From: Balanoglossus misakiensis
Lineage: Eukaryota; Animalia; Hemichordata
DNA length: 64,000 bases
Direction of reading: 5' to 3'
Assembly: GCA_040954595.2 (NCBI GenBank)
Contig: CM082591.2
Span: 2,021,745-2,085,744 of the forward strand
Both the position numbers and the translations under genes were made by a program. Each line of letters opens with the position of its first letter. Position 1 is the first letter of the stretch. Positions 47,501-61,636 of the stretch are shown here, piece after piece. The notes beneath the pieces were generated by a model. It made no database searches. It worked only from the letters and a program-made list of their open reading frames with translations, and was not told the DNA's origin.

Positions 47501-50500
47501 GAGCTGTTGGAGAATGGTCTTCTTGCTGTACAACAGTGCTGCGTTACTGCCCCCGGCGGAGGCCTTCTTCGTAAAGTTCGTACAATGATCCAGCAACTTC
47601 CCGAGCTGCTGGACTTCTTGGGCCTGTACTTCCAGACGCTTCTTTTTAATAGCACACGTCTCTTTCAAGTCTGCTAGTAACCTCTTGGCCCGCCTGTTCA
47701 CTTCATTTATCAGTGTCAACATAAATAACCTGATATCCTGGCTAGTTTTGTTTTCCAAATCGGCAATTTGTTTTTGTTTCTCCTTAATCCTTTGAAGAGC
47801 AGTCCCTGTGTAATTTTTTTTCTCTTGCAGTTTCTGTAGAAAGGCTGACATTGTTCCCTTTTGCCTCGCTGCAGCCTCGTTGACAAATTGGTACCTGGAA
47901 ATGAACAACAAAGAGACAAATTCACCTTTTGGCCACTATATACTCCGAGCAATTCATCAGAATGGATATGTTGGCAAGACACCAGGAAATCGGCAATAGG
48001 GTTAAAGGTCAAAAGCTAGAGATTTTATACACAGTGAGTTTATATTTCCTGAAGTGCAAGACATGCCATATGTGTACTTAAAACACTGAGACTTCCCCTT
48101 AAAGCCCCTCCCAAATATATAAATGTATGTGATAATGAGGTGCTATATCGGCTAACACAGACCAGCTTGGGTTAGCCTGGTTGGAACTGATCTGTCTGTA
48201 CACAGTTTATGTTGATTGCCAATGAAGTACTTACTTGTGTTCTTTGTGCCCTTGAAGTTGGCAGTCTCGACACGTCAGTTTATCGCACGTTTCACAGTAC
48301 AGCTTCAATGGCTCATGCTTGTGCAAAGGACACATTAACTGTCTCTCCCGGAAACTCCCCGGGCTGATTGCGGTTCCTTTCTGCGCAGCCTCTGCCGAGT
48401 CTTTCGGCTGAATCACGTGGTCCTTCGTCACCCGGACTCGCTGGTGCGCCTGGACGCAGGCGTCGCAGAGCCATTCCGAGCAGTCGTCGCAGTACGACGT
48501 GGCAGTGGCATTGTCGTCGCAGCTGGTACACTTCGTCTCTGACTCTGTAGTACTTGTAGTGGTGTTCTCTCCGCTATGGGTGATCTCGTCCAACATGAAG
48601 TAATTATCGATCAAACAATCCGGATGCCTGACCTCTTGCTTGCAAGTGGGACATCGGACTACTGCAATAAAAAACACCAAAGAATGGTGAACATGTGCAC
48701 TTCTCAAAGACCTCAACACAAACTGGCCTTAGGTCAGCCTACAGCTGACCCAGTTGGAAGCTTAGTTCTGCACTCTACTGTACTGCGATGTACCCAGGAT
48801 AGTCATACAATGCTGAGAAAAAAAAAATACATATACATGTAGGGTACATGGTTACAGGTCATAGACAGTACGGAGTCATTTAATAGAGACGGTGTTACAA
48901 TTTTTCAGTACTTTTGTTCAGTGTAGCAAATATATGTATATTTCATTGTAGCAAATATGATTCAGTGTAGCAAATACATTTCAGTGTAGCAATACAACTT
49001 CCTGTTGTTCTCTTTACAGCACAGGAATATACCCAGGGTTTTTTTCTTGTCACCACAGCCAGTATGTGTAACTACCATTGTGACTTTTGACAAGTGAATT
49101 CAAGCCTTGACTGCAATTCAATTCTGACTGCATACAATGATTCATAATGTTTGATATGTGGCAGAAATGAACTGAAGTAGATACACAAAACTAAAATGCT
49201 GTTACAAGCTTGTGAAACCAGACAATTGTTATTCTCTTAAAACCGAAAACAGTCCATATGTTGTCTGACAATAATTCCAAACTGACCTGACGTCTCAGAT
49301 TAACTACATTTTTCAAAGTATCTGATCAGACCCCATAACAACATTATCATATTTCTGCCCATCAAACCAATGGCAGTTTGTCAAAGGATGGACATTTTTA
49401 TTAAGCATATTGGAATTATTTTGGAACAAATAATTAGGTCAGACTTCTGTTAAAGAGGTCCTCCCTGAAATTAAATTTGGTTGTGTACGCAATCATGGTG
49501 GGCGTACAGTGTGAACAAGCCATGATGTTGTATGTGAGCCGATGACTGGGCCCTGGTTGAATCCTCGAATGTATGTACAGTTTTACGAGTCTCCAAATGG
49601 TCACGAATTAAAATATGGGAGGAATATGAGGGCATGTTGGTACATGTCGGTACTTATTTTAGCTCGACATAATTGGACAGCAAGAGAAACCCAACCAGAT
49701 AAATTTAATTGTTTGTGTAGCTTATTAATTCTGTATGCTAATGATGTGTGCTACATTTGTCGACTTTAGTCAAGGGTTAGCCCTATCTCGCTGGATTCCA
49801 GACTGTTGCAATGCATGTACATGCATGCCACACTATGCCATGCACAACAATGCACATAATACATAATATGTGGCCATACACAGTAGTATTTATAATGCAA
49901 TGAATCTTGTCGCACTGCCACGGCAACCATGGTATTCTTCAGAACAAGTCAACCGTCTCCATGACAACTGATTGTTTCTCGCTTAAACATGGTCGCCATG
50001 ACAATCTTTCTACAGTTATATAACACTTAAACAGACACGCCCACAATGCTTTGAGTTGAAGCCCTAGAACTATTTTGTTTAATTTTGAAAAACATGGCGA
50101 AAACAGCATCTTCTGAATACATGTAACTATTTTACGTCCAATCTTCCTAACCTTGACTCACACCTGCAATATTTTTTTATATACCGGTAACTACTAGAAG
50201 GCTAATTGACAATGTTAACTACATTTTCATTTCTGACTGTGTGGGTTAAATTTATCCCCAACTGGGAATTGTCGCTTTCACTTCCAGGTATGTATGTGTG
50301 TGGGGCACCTGATCTTGTCCATTTCATTTGATGCTTTGTAACCCTGAGAGCCGAATGACCAAAACAGTGCGCATGCCTTGAAACAGTCAACAATAATCCA
50401 TGGACAAAGTTGTTCGAATCGTCCCAGAAACTTACTGAAATCCCACTATCTTGTGGGAAAGTCATTCGCACGTGGGGGTGATGAGAAAGGGGCGGGACAA

Positions 50501-51085
50501 CAACTTGCAATTGACAAATGTTGTCACGCTGACAGAAATAAACAAGAGTTCACGGTGTGAATTTAAATAACAAAAGTTCAATCACTGAGTCAGTGTCACA
50601 ACAACACACTGCTGAGGTTTGGTAGCTCGATGTTTTGCCTTGTTTTGTGTTTATATATAGACGACAAAATCTGATTTCGCCTTCTAACACCCAAACCAAG
50701 GCAAAACCTCGAGCTACAGCAACCAACATGACTGATCCATATTGCTTCGATCGCTGGTGTATCAAGAAAATACACCGCATCGCTCATATGAACTGGACTG
50801 CAGGGAATCCGTGTAACACCATGGTGGATCTTGACGAGTATAAGAAAATGCTGGTGCGGTTACAATGAAGTGCTACGCTACGTGACTCTACACTAGAGTA
50901 GGGACTTCAATCACTCGGTATTTACCTCCATCGTTCCCTGGTGTTATACACTCCTTACAGAACGTATGCAAACAGGGCAGAAGTTTCGGCCGCCTGACCC
51001 CGAAACCGTTCTTGCAGACAGCACACACAGTCTGGGGCTGTTCCACACTATCCCCGTTCACGGTGGTACTTGCTTCCGAACTCAT
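44525..51085 (-). CDS. TRIM33: TIF1-family E3 ligase / chromatin reader (TRIM24/28/33/66-like; RING, B-box1, B-box2, coiled coil, PHD, bromodomain)
   Basis: [22 protein letters not shown] (51085-50926) completed by VRCPTC; B-boxes [25 protein letters not shown] and [24 protein letters not shown] (48661-48235); coiled coil plus Q-rich linker (~47894-46490); [33 protein letters not shown] (~46010-45750); bromodomain exons ~45540-44525 ending [12 protein letters not shown]...PNEIVHYH*. The symbol denotes the closest family member; likely co-orthologous to all vertebrate TIF1 genes. Confidence 0.93.
48917..48995. repeat. Short intronic tandem repeat (ttcagtgtagcaaata-like x4)
   Basis: Four near-identical copies visible in TIF1 intron 1. 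Confidence 0.7.
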
Positions 51086-54000
51086 TTTCCGGAAAATATG
51101 CCTGTGAAACCAAAGGCAGCCGTCAGACACACACTCTCTCCGTGTAGATTGCTAACTCTGTCACTTTGACCCTATAGAGCCTCGTTTTGACGAACGCGCG
51201 GAGGCTTCCGATGACGACAGCGCCTACGCGCAGACCAGTTTCAACTGGTTTGAACCAGTCTGCGCTGCCTGGCCGGTTGCTATGGGTGCTTTACGTGACA
51301 CAATAACCTACTGTCTTTGTTTAATGGTACGTGCTAGACAGGAACCACCTTTTATTTGCGATTACCATAGCAACGGCAACTTCTAACAATCCAAATTCAA
51401 GTCAAATAATCATGACTAGGCCTAATTACTTTTTGAAAATTTTTGCCCTCTTCTAATTCTTCTAAGTGGTTGCCTTGACTGGTTGCAAACATAATTATTA
51501 TTTTGTAATACCTATATTAAACTAGGTACATTCATATGAATCACCATGGTTTTAATCACCATGTGGAAGCAGTTTCATTACAATGTAATTGGAGCCTAGG
51601 ACTAAGCCTAAACTATTGAAAAGTTCACTTTGGTATAAAAGGGTCAGTCTTACGACCGACAGCACACTTGAGGGTCAAATTGTGTTAGTTGCTTTGTACA
51701 TGTAGACCTAGAAATAAAATGTCACATTGGTTGGTTTCCGCCCTTCTTATCTGAGCGTTAGGCTATATAGGCTATCCCTCCAGCAGAGACGGAAGGAAGT
51801 TCACAATTTGTAGACCTAGGCCTAAAGGCCATAGGCAAACAAAACATATAATTCTTTCACATTTGCCTAATCAGCAGACAGATCTTGTAGCCTAGTTGCA
51901 CAGGCGCACCTTAATATTAAAACTGACAAACGTCGATGCAAAGCACAACACGATTTCTTAAAATTGTGGATTTTCCTATAGGCTACTGGTATATCTTTTT
52001 TGTCGTGACCGTGTGCTGCTGTTTCATTCTTTATCAGTAAAATCCGAACGTGAGTGAATGTGTGATATGCAAGTCTGAATGTGTAAGCTCCAGATCTATA
52101 CACGTAGGCCTATAGGCTATAGCAACTATATATGGGTACACATAAACTACAAAGAGTTTGTCCACACTTAAAATAAAACAATATTTTAATGTTGTATTAT
52201 TAGCCTATAGGTCTCCTAACGTATTTATGCCAAAATGCACACAGTTGTAGCAAATATTGGCTTGCAGATAAACGACATCCCTTAGTATGTACAGTGATAA
52301 GAGATATCGCGATTTGGTTCATTGCACAGTAAACTGATTATCTGGTGAGCTTTTTTACGATTATTACATTATTCGTAATTATTTGAACGTCTTATCACGG
52401 TTTTACAACCACCTTGAAATGTTTTGCTCATTCTGGAAAGATAATTTCAAATTTTACTACGGTTGGGCGCAGTTTTCCACGAATTCTTGCTTTGTATGGG
52501 GGGCGCTTACGAAATAATTAACCATGCATAGCCTGGTTGGAAACGCTGTGTTTCGAATCTACATCACCAAAAGCGATTGAACGACGAATAGTTGTAAAGC
52601 GAAAGTGAAAAAAAATTGTTCTTTAAGCTGTATGTCATAATGCGAATGAATTGAGCCGAAACATAGTCTCACTTTTTGAATAAAGATCGTTGCTTTTTAT
52701 ACTAGTATCTAAAATGTAAAACTAATAACCATCCGCGAATATTCCTGTTTTGTTCCTCACGTACGCCCACTTCATCCGCAGTAGAAATGGCGGCGTTATT
52801 TGTTGCCCCCTGGAAACAATCAAGTTTTTTCTTCCCTTGAGAGTGGGAGACACGACGTCACATCGATCAGTATGACGTATATTATGCCGTAACGGGGGCG
52901 TACATTTCGAAGAACATGACGTCATAGACACAACTGCGCGCCCGTTCATATCCTGATGAAAATATTACTGATGGAAGGCTGCAGTATTCACTGTCAGTAC
53001 GTCTGAGACAGTTCTTCTCGACGTTCAGTCGGTTTACTAGACAAAAAAGAACGTTATATATTTTGCAGTCTTGGACAAATGTGGTACACCATCTATACCA
53101 TTTGCTAGACACCGCGCATTTACCGATAATTTTGCTCGCCAATAAATAGCCCACACGCAATATTTTTTTTAGAGTCATGATGTTTCTTCTCAAAGAGATG
53201 GATAACTAATATAGTGACAGTTGGATACACGTATTACTAATACATTTTGTATCCGGCCTTATTGCAACCATGTATTTGGCTTCAAATCGACACTTGCATG
53301 TGAAACATATTGACTCAATAATGACATTGTTAACGGATATACATCACCATTATTTTAATGTTATAGGGTGATATGATTCTTTTTTCATAAATCATTTTGT
53401 CTTTTTCACTTCTAGTTTTCGTTACTATTGAAATAATCCTTATAGGACTCAGAACCAAATATAACCAGTTTCTTTCGTCTCCGCAAGTCGACCTTTCATT
53501 TGTGTTGCATTTATGTGCCACACAACTGAGTGGGCCGAACTAATCAAATCCGTGCTCTTGCTGAAACATACCCCTTTTTGAGGTCTGACGTCAGCAAACG
53601 CTTTCGCATTTGCCGATGACAACACCTGTCCTTGGGATGCACAATCATGACGTCACGCACTTGCTCGAAAGGATATTAAACCAGGCCTGCTTCAGATGGA
53701 AAAATCCATTCACGTGACGTCGTGTCATTTCAAAAATTGGTTATTGCCTCAATACATTAGACATCATATGTCAAATTGATCTGTCGTTCAAGGCTTTGAC
53801 ATTGCAGTGTGTATATTCCTCTATTCATTGTTCCGTTTGTACCTTGACTTCTTCCCACGCTTACTCCGTCGTTGAAGCAATTTTGCGGATGAATGTAAAT
53901 GTACACACCATTTCTTGTAGTCTCATCACATTTGTCTTTATCATGACACCTAAATTTATCCATTTTCAAACGACAAGGGATGTTTACACGTTTTTAAATA

Positions 54001-54685
54001 AATGAAGCAACCCACACAAAACAAGACAAGACGTTTACATTGATAAAAGACATTTATTTCCTGTCTAAAAACGATGTCAGGTGTTTCAAAAAGAGTGAGC
54101 ATACACTGCTCAACTTTTAATTATTATTAGAGTACTTAGAGTTGAGTTTATGGCAATATGCACCATTTTGTTCACTAAAAATTTCAAGACGACATCAAAG
54201 TTAACATCCACAGCTTCAGCTAGAAGTGGACCAAGATTGTATGCCAACACTCCGATCGTGGCATTTTTATAATATACTAGCATATTCTCAACACTATTTA
54301 TCAGATATTGCATCATAGTTTACCCGTAAAACAAAATTTCTTAACTCATTAAAATTCTACTCATAGTACTGTATTGAAACCTTGTGCTATATTCAGCCAT
54401 ATTTAAACATGTTTGAATAAAAAAATGCAAATTAAAAATAAGTAGCTATTTATAAAAATTCATTATAAAATTTTAAAGAATGGTGCATATTAATGAAAAA
54501 GTACAAATTTAGGATTATGGACATTATCAGTTGGTGCAAGAAGAAACATTCTTCTTGATGTTATGATCAAATCTGGTGTTGTGACTACTTCCTTTGATGT
54601 CATGCTGTCATTCGCAAGTCACTTAATTTGCATTCTTGATCATGTGACAGCCCACACAGTACTGATTAGTTTAATTCTCCTTAAA

Positions 54686-57600
54686 TTACTTGATGTCATA
54701 GATATGCACAGCTCCAGACAGTCTAGTTCCCTGGTTACTGTGGGTAGCGGACACAATTAAATTGTTGCCCTGTCGAAAAGCAAATAATAAACAGATTCAG
54801 AAATCATCTGTAGAGATAAATTCGTCTTCTCTATTGCTGGATCTTTGATTTTCTCAATCTACATACAAGGTCATAATCGAACGTATAACTTTAACCTCAG
54901 ATATTCTTACCTGCGAGTATCTGAGAATAGCTATGTTGCTACCAAACCTACTGCCAGACTGCAAGAAATAGAAACAAAATAATATTACCTTCAATTCTTT
55001 TAAATAATATAAACAGTCACATTTTAGTATGCATTCACACTTTCAGTGTAATCACTATATAAAATCTCTAAATGTTTCATCAAAGTGATCTCAAACCCAC
55101 ATCCAACCCCCAATTCTGACCTTCATGAAAATATAAAATCACACAATTACCTCATCTGTTCCATATTCTGCAGTAGCCTGAAAATTACCGCGAGAGAATA
55201 GTAATTATCACAATAATATGACATGTTTTATTTGCCAATATTTTGTTTTGATGTATAAGAAACAGAAATTATGTAATCAATTAACTATGCTGCACCATTT
55301 AAGGTATATAAAACACAATGTTTTACCTTGAGTGCTGGACATGGTATCACAGTTTCATGGGAGCCACATTTGTTAGTGACATCCCCACTAGGCAAAGAGC
55401 TGCCACCTTGAAACATATACACACGGCCTTCTTCGCCTATAAAGTAAATACATAAATAATAAATAAATAAATATGTGTGACTTCAGAACCAGTTGGTGTA
55501 TCGACATATTCATGCAAGTTATATTAATTCATACCTGACGAGTTACAGTATTATGTTTTTGAATTCTTAAGCCGACAGTTAGACTTGAACATTTCTGATC
55601 AAATGATTTTAGTGACTTACCACCATACAATTCCTCTGTCAGATCATCTATACGAAATGGGGCACCTATAAGGATGTCATCTGAAATGAAAATTACAGTA
55701 ACGAATTTTAAATCACAAAAATACCAGTTGGCAAATATGGACATACACTCAAATACATGACAATTTACACACAAACCTTTGACAGTTTACACACATATGT
55801 ATGACACATACACACATACCTATGTCATCACCAGTTACATCTTCCATCACCACCTTTCCTCCAAACCTTGCGTAGCTTCTGTCACCACTGAATGTGGCAA
55901 ATGGCTCCGGTGTTGAAGGTTTCAACAGAGAGGAAACATTGTACAGAAAGACTTTTCCGGCTTGGTTGAATTCGACTGGGATGTTGTCAATCAGTTTGCC
56001 TGGCACACCTGAGTTAACACAAAAAGTACTAGTTTATGTTGAAAATTTCGATTTTCAAAAATTGCATCAATATCCTGAATTTTTTATGGAATAGCAAAAA
56101 ATTACAGATAGTGACCTTAAAAATACTTACCTACAGTGTCAGCAGATACTGCTAACATGCTTTCGCGTCCAACATATGGACGTCCAGCTGTTGCAGAGGA
56201 ACCGAGTTTACTGAACGATTTGACACCAGGCATACTGTGAATCGCTTTGACAGGCATCTTGCCATTGGTGAAATCAAAAACGTCGATTTTGCCGACGCTC
56301 TGTGTGTCATTCTTACTGTAGCTGCAGTTTTTACTGAAATGGAAAAAGCGCGCGCTCAAGAATTTGTGTGTAAAAGAGCAAGATGTCTTGTCAAATGAGC
56401 TTGCCTTTGTGACCTCTTGTGTGTGAATTTTGCAGTTAATCATACCACGGAATGCAATCCTTTCTGTTTGATAAACGTGCATAGAATGACAATATGGTGA
56501 ATAAAAATATTTGAAATACTTCTTTTAATGTCACTTACAGAGCGCATATTCTGTATGTCGGCGACGAGACCAGCAACCACACAGACTGATGCTTGGCGTC
56601 TGTGTTGACAGTCTCAACACTGATGTCATAACCAAACCATTCATAATACTGCAATATAAACAGATCAAGGTTCAATTGTCATTTGCTGTTTTACCTGAAC
56701 ATCAGTTTTTTCCTATATTACTGGTCTCTGCTATTTTATTTCTCACTTACCTGGTTGCCATACAAAGTGTGATTAGAATCTTGGACTTGTAGTGTGTGTA
56801 CACCTGAAAATAGGATCAGAAATAAGTCATTTAAGCTTCTTTTTCTGAACCCAACCCCATTATTGATGATGATAATGATGTTGATGGTAGTAGTGGTAAT
56901 AACAAATATGTTAACTTGGCAAAACAATGATTACCAATGGATTGCACCAGAATTTAATACACAGAATCTGAATAAACATTAGAGAATGTCATCACTGACC
57001 TTGCAGACTACTGTTTGCAAAAAACACATTAACCATTCCCATCTGAGGTCCTTTCTTGAAATGTGCAAACGGTGATCCGATCACCAAATCATCAAATCCA
57101 TCGTGGTTGAGATCTCCGACTGACAGAGACACACCCAGGTTACAATATGTGATGTGCTAAAACAGCGGAAGAAAAAATGGGGAAATTAACAGACAAATAC
57201 ACAATTAGATGTCAACTCAATGTTCTTTGGGGTCAAGTAACATTGGGGTAGTCACACAAGTGTCAGACTAAGCAACATGTTATACCTATTCCTGGTATTT
57301 TTGATCTGTTAGTAAACTTACAAATTGGATGTATTAAAAGATATTTGCAAGTATTCTATTTTTAATTTCATACCTCACACTGTATTGTCAAGTCAGGTTT
57401 CGCTTTCAGATTTCCTGTGGATCCAAAGTAGACATAGACTTCTCCCTACGTTGATAATTGAGGTCAAAGGTTAATTCCATATAAGGTAATCTCCTAGACT
57501 GTCAAACAAATGGGGGGCAATAGCTGACAGTTATATGCATTGTGCATTCTAATATATATTGAATTTACATAAAAATGTCATATATTATATAATCACATAA

Positions 57601-60600
57601 TATTTGGCTTTAACACTTACTGTGTACGCGAGTTTGTCCGAATTGACCGAGGGAGCACTGACCACAAGGTCATTGAACCCATCTGCGTTCAGGTCAACCA
57701 CTGCAAGGGCACTACCGAATTTACCATTCAACTGTTGGTATCGCAAAAAGCAACAGTATTCATGTTTAAGTTAGTGATGAGTGCAATAGAATATCAAAAA
57801 CAAGCCTGTTCTGTTGTGTATTTCTGAATGAATGGAACAAAGCTTTATCAAAACTATCAAATTTACCTCCAATCCATCCAGAATCACGTTCGCATCATGG
57901 TTTAAGTTTTTCTTGACCATCGGCAGTCCCTTCGCATTACCATAAACTACATACACCCTTCCTTGCTGGTAGTTATTACTGCTGCTATAACCCGGTGCTC
58001 CGATTATCAAATCCAAAAAGTTATCATTATTGATATCGCCAGTGATGATACTCCTATGATCAAACAGAGACAATGACCTTCATATTTAGTCTTCCTAACA
58101 ACCTATGAACTATAACTTATGACACATGTCAAACTCTGCAGTTGGTAGTAGGGGTGAAAGGGATAAGTCTGCAAAGTATAATCACTCACCATCCCAGAAG
58201 TGCTGTTTGGGAATTGACGGTGTAGGTGACGTTTGGCTTGATCAGATGATCTGCTTGAAGTCTGCTACGTTGAAATCTCTCCTCTCTAAGTTTTGCCAAT
58301 TTATCCAGTTTACTCTGTAAAATGGCAACCAAATCATGGCAATTTTAATGCTTAGTATTAATATTTGTATTAAAAAAAATGTTTGTGCTATAAACCCGTC
58401 ATTTCCATCAATATATATTTGTCAGTGTGCCCTGCAAATTATCTTACGGATAACTGATATTATGACGTATTGTACCTGTAGGTCTTTGGATGGACTCAGA
58501 TGCACTCCCCTAGGTGTGTTTCTGACGATGACATCATCTTTGGTTAGATCCCCCAACTGCAGCTTCGGAGGTGCTGGGTTTCGGCCAGGGTATCGCTGCT
58601 TGGCTGTGAGATCGTGTGAGGTTTTATTGCATCTGATGTATAGTGGATTGTGGGGTATGTCGCAGTCCCTGAAATAAAGGGAAAATTAATGTCCCTTTTA
58701 GTTATTTACATACCAACAGTTAGCCTGTATTCATGACAGTTGAGACATAGATACATAAGAGCAAAAATAGTGTCAAGGGCACTGTGCTACCATTTGATCA
58801 CAACTGGTACATTCAGGTGTTAAATACTGCATCACATATATAACATCTGGTATGGTCAACAACAACAATCTGACAAACTCACTCCATGCCATCCTCTACC
58901 ATGTGGATGACATCATGCCAGATGTTCTGTGTCCACACCGCCATGTCGTCGACGCCACCCAGGAAGAAACTCTGGTACTGCTCCAACAGAAATGGTGACT
59001 TGGCTGAATATGTTGGATAAAGCTGGAAACAAACAGAGGTGCAAGCAGTTAATTCAGAGAACAGTCTCCATTGAATATTTGCATAGGTATAAGAATGTTC
59101 GAAATGCATGTCATGAGTAATAAATCTCTTACCTTCGCTAAGGCCACCTTTTCGCCAAGTCTGACAAAAAAATAATGTGAGATTGAGACAGTGTAAGAAA
59201 CAAGAGGAAGATCTTGAAGAAGAACATGTGGTTGTCTGTGGTTGATAAAGACTACGGTCGGTCGGCGTACAAGTACGGTGATTGTTGTTGAAACGCAAAA
59301 GCGGCCAGTCGCTACCTAACCAGAATGAACAGCGCCACCAGTGGCTGCTTCTGCGTTTCAACGCTAAAGTAAAACTCTCACCTCGCCAAGAAGAGAAGAA
59401 CCGAACATTCTATCAAAATACTAGAGGTAATCACTTTCTTCTGGTAATACTCTTCATAGATTTCTACAAGATCATCTACAGGGATGTACCTACAGAAAAA
59501 GTAATGCAATTGATTTGTAAGAATATAATGTCTTCCGAAGTAAGCGTATCAAACTGCAGTTTCCTGATCCCTGTATCCCCAGTGGAGTATTCTGGTCCAG
59601 GTTTGCATACTTACCATTCAGAAAATGAAGGTATGTAATCCATGTTGAATTCAAACAAAGCAACGATATCACCACCTAGAGAATAATACAGAATATTCAG
59701 TTTGAAACCAGAAACTGCCATGGTAAAAATGGAATTATGGGACCAGTAGAGGAAAGTTATTTCAGAAATTAAATTCGACTAAAAAGAAAATATTTCAGAG
59801 TGAAAGACAAGCCTCTGACCTGGGTCTCCCACGTCGTGTGCATCTCCATAGGATCCATAAAAATTAACCTGAATAAAAAAACACAATTCAAAATATTTAC
59901 ATTTGACCACACAATATAGATCTATCTCAACACTTTATATCGCCCTCAACAGGTGAAACCTGAAATTCGAACGCAGAAGTACAAACAAACCTACGAAAAT
60001 TGGAAAATAGAAATGGACTTTCAACAGAATGGAATGTTCTGTCCCTACCTTCCCCATGGTTACCAGAAATCCTTCATTAATACCCAAACTGTGCCAGGAG
60101 ATGTCCGCTACATCATGGCATACATACCCCAGCAAGAACACAACCAACTTTTCTGTGTCCTATTGATAAGAATATAGGATAAGAATATATAACTGTGCCA
60201 AAAACATTCACAATATTGATGGCTGATATTTTATAGCAGGTATGCACACACTCATGATCACACAGTCAAATTTTCAAGCCCTCACCTCAGACCACGGCTT
60301 AGGATATTTCTTCCGGATGTGATTGACTGTGGTGTTTATAAACTCTGACCAATGGGTGTCCTCAGAAACATCATGAAATTTTCCTGAAAAAGAAGAGAAG
60401 GAAATAGATTTTCTGTTTCAGTCAAACCTGTGTTAGTAGCTACTTCTAAAATGAAAACCTGTCCACATTGGACACTTACAGTCAATGTGAAATCAAAATA
60501 TGCATTATTGACCGGTTTAACTTGTGGCAGTGAATACTTACCCTGTTGACAGATTTCGTCAAAGAAAGTATCAGGAAAGGGGTTACCAGCTTTAAAAGCA

Positions 60601-61250
60601 TCTTGATGTTTGTCTATTAACTGAAAGAAAATCAATCCTTTAATTAAATATTGTTACATTCAAAAGTTAGCATGTTGACCAAGAGAGTGTATAATATAAT
60701 TCATACTTGATCGGATCATGAAAAAAATATGGATGTCAGACAATAACTTAATACAATGTCACATAGATCTGGGTATGTTAACTTCATGCAGACTTACTTG
60801 TCGGTAATCAACATCAGCAGATTTGTGTTGGAAGAACTCTGCCGCGCGATGGCCTAAAAACAAGCAAGACATATACACCTTTAAGATACGTAGCCTGTAC
60901 CCCTCCCCCCCCCCCCCAACAACCTACAGAAGGGGGCGTGGCACTGATAGGGCTATATACGGAATCGCAGCAAATATCATACATGCCTAGCTAAGTAGCT
61001 GTACTTTGTCCTGTGCGACAGAGCTGTGTTACGTTGTTACAGGATAGGCTAGACTGGCTATAAGGCTGCGACAGGCTTAGGCCAACCCGGTAACAACAAC
61101 AACAACACATCCCTGCCGCGACGCGACGCGACGCAATTGACTCGATTCTTATATTTACAAACCGATTTCTATGTGTGTGATTCCGCCACAGCAGTCAGTT
61201 TCAGCTGTAAATATCGACAGCACAAGCACTGCAAGGATTTCCGGCCTCAT
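54686..61250 (-). CDS. GPLD1: Phosphatidylinositol-glycan-specific phospholipase D (GPI-PLD)
   Basis: Signal peptide plus CGGITHIEI (exon from 61250), HRAAEF, AFKAGNPFPD, FLLGYVCHDVADISWH, WYIPVDDL, LYPTYSAKSPFLLEQYQSFFLGGVDDMAVWTQNIW; FG-GAP repeats (GDINNDNFLDLIIGAPG, DLNADGFNDLVVSAP, DLNHDGFDDLVIGSP); C-terminus TRLSGAVHIYDIK*. More than 20 small exons, including microexons at 59160-59133 and 55178-55152. Confidence 0.95.
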
Positions 61251-61341
61251 TTTCTAGCGATCAGCCAAGTTATATCCACAGCAATCGAGCGAGAGGGTGG
61301 ATCTATCGTGACCTTGGATGACACCCGTAGCCTAGGTACAT

Positions 61342-61371
61342 AGGTCAGTTTCAGGTCAAAAGGGATATCCC
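61342..61371. promoter_or_regulatory. DR5 nuclear-receptor element and palindromic NF-kB-like site in the GPLD1/TIR divergent promoter
   Basis: AGGTCA-gtttc-AGGTCA (61342-61358) and GGGATATCCC (61362-61371) in the 386-bp gap between the two start codons. Motif match only. Confidence 0.45.
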
Positions 61372-61636
61372 GTACCACCTAACTTAGCAAAGAAAAGTTA
61401 ACAAACAAGTTTCAACGTGAAATAATTACACCGTTGCGCTCGCGTTTTGCCAAATATGCGTCACTATATATTTAATTGACGCAACTTAATGTTTATTTGA
61501 GCGAAAATGTTTACTTTTTGTTTTGCAGAAGATTTTCTGATGCAAGAATGTTGATTACCAATCCTTATTTGTGAACTCTCCTGTCATACCTAGGGAGTCT
61601 ATAAGTTGTAACATATCAACAAAGTTTGACGCCAAA

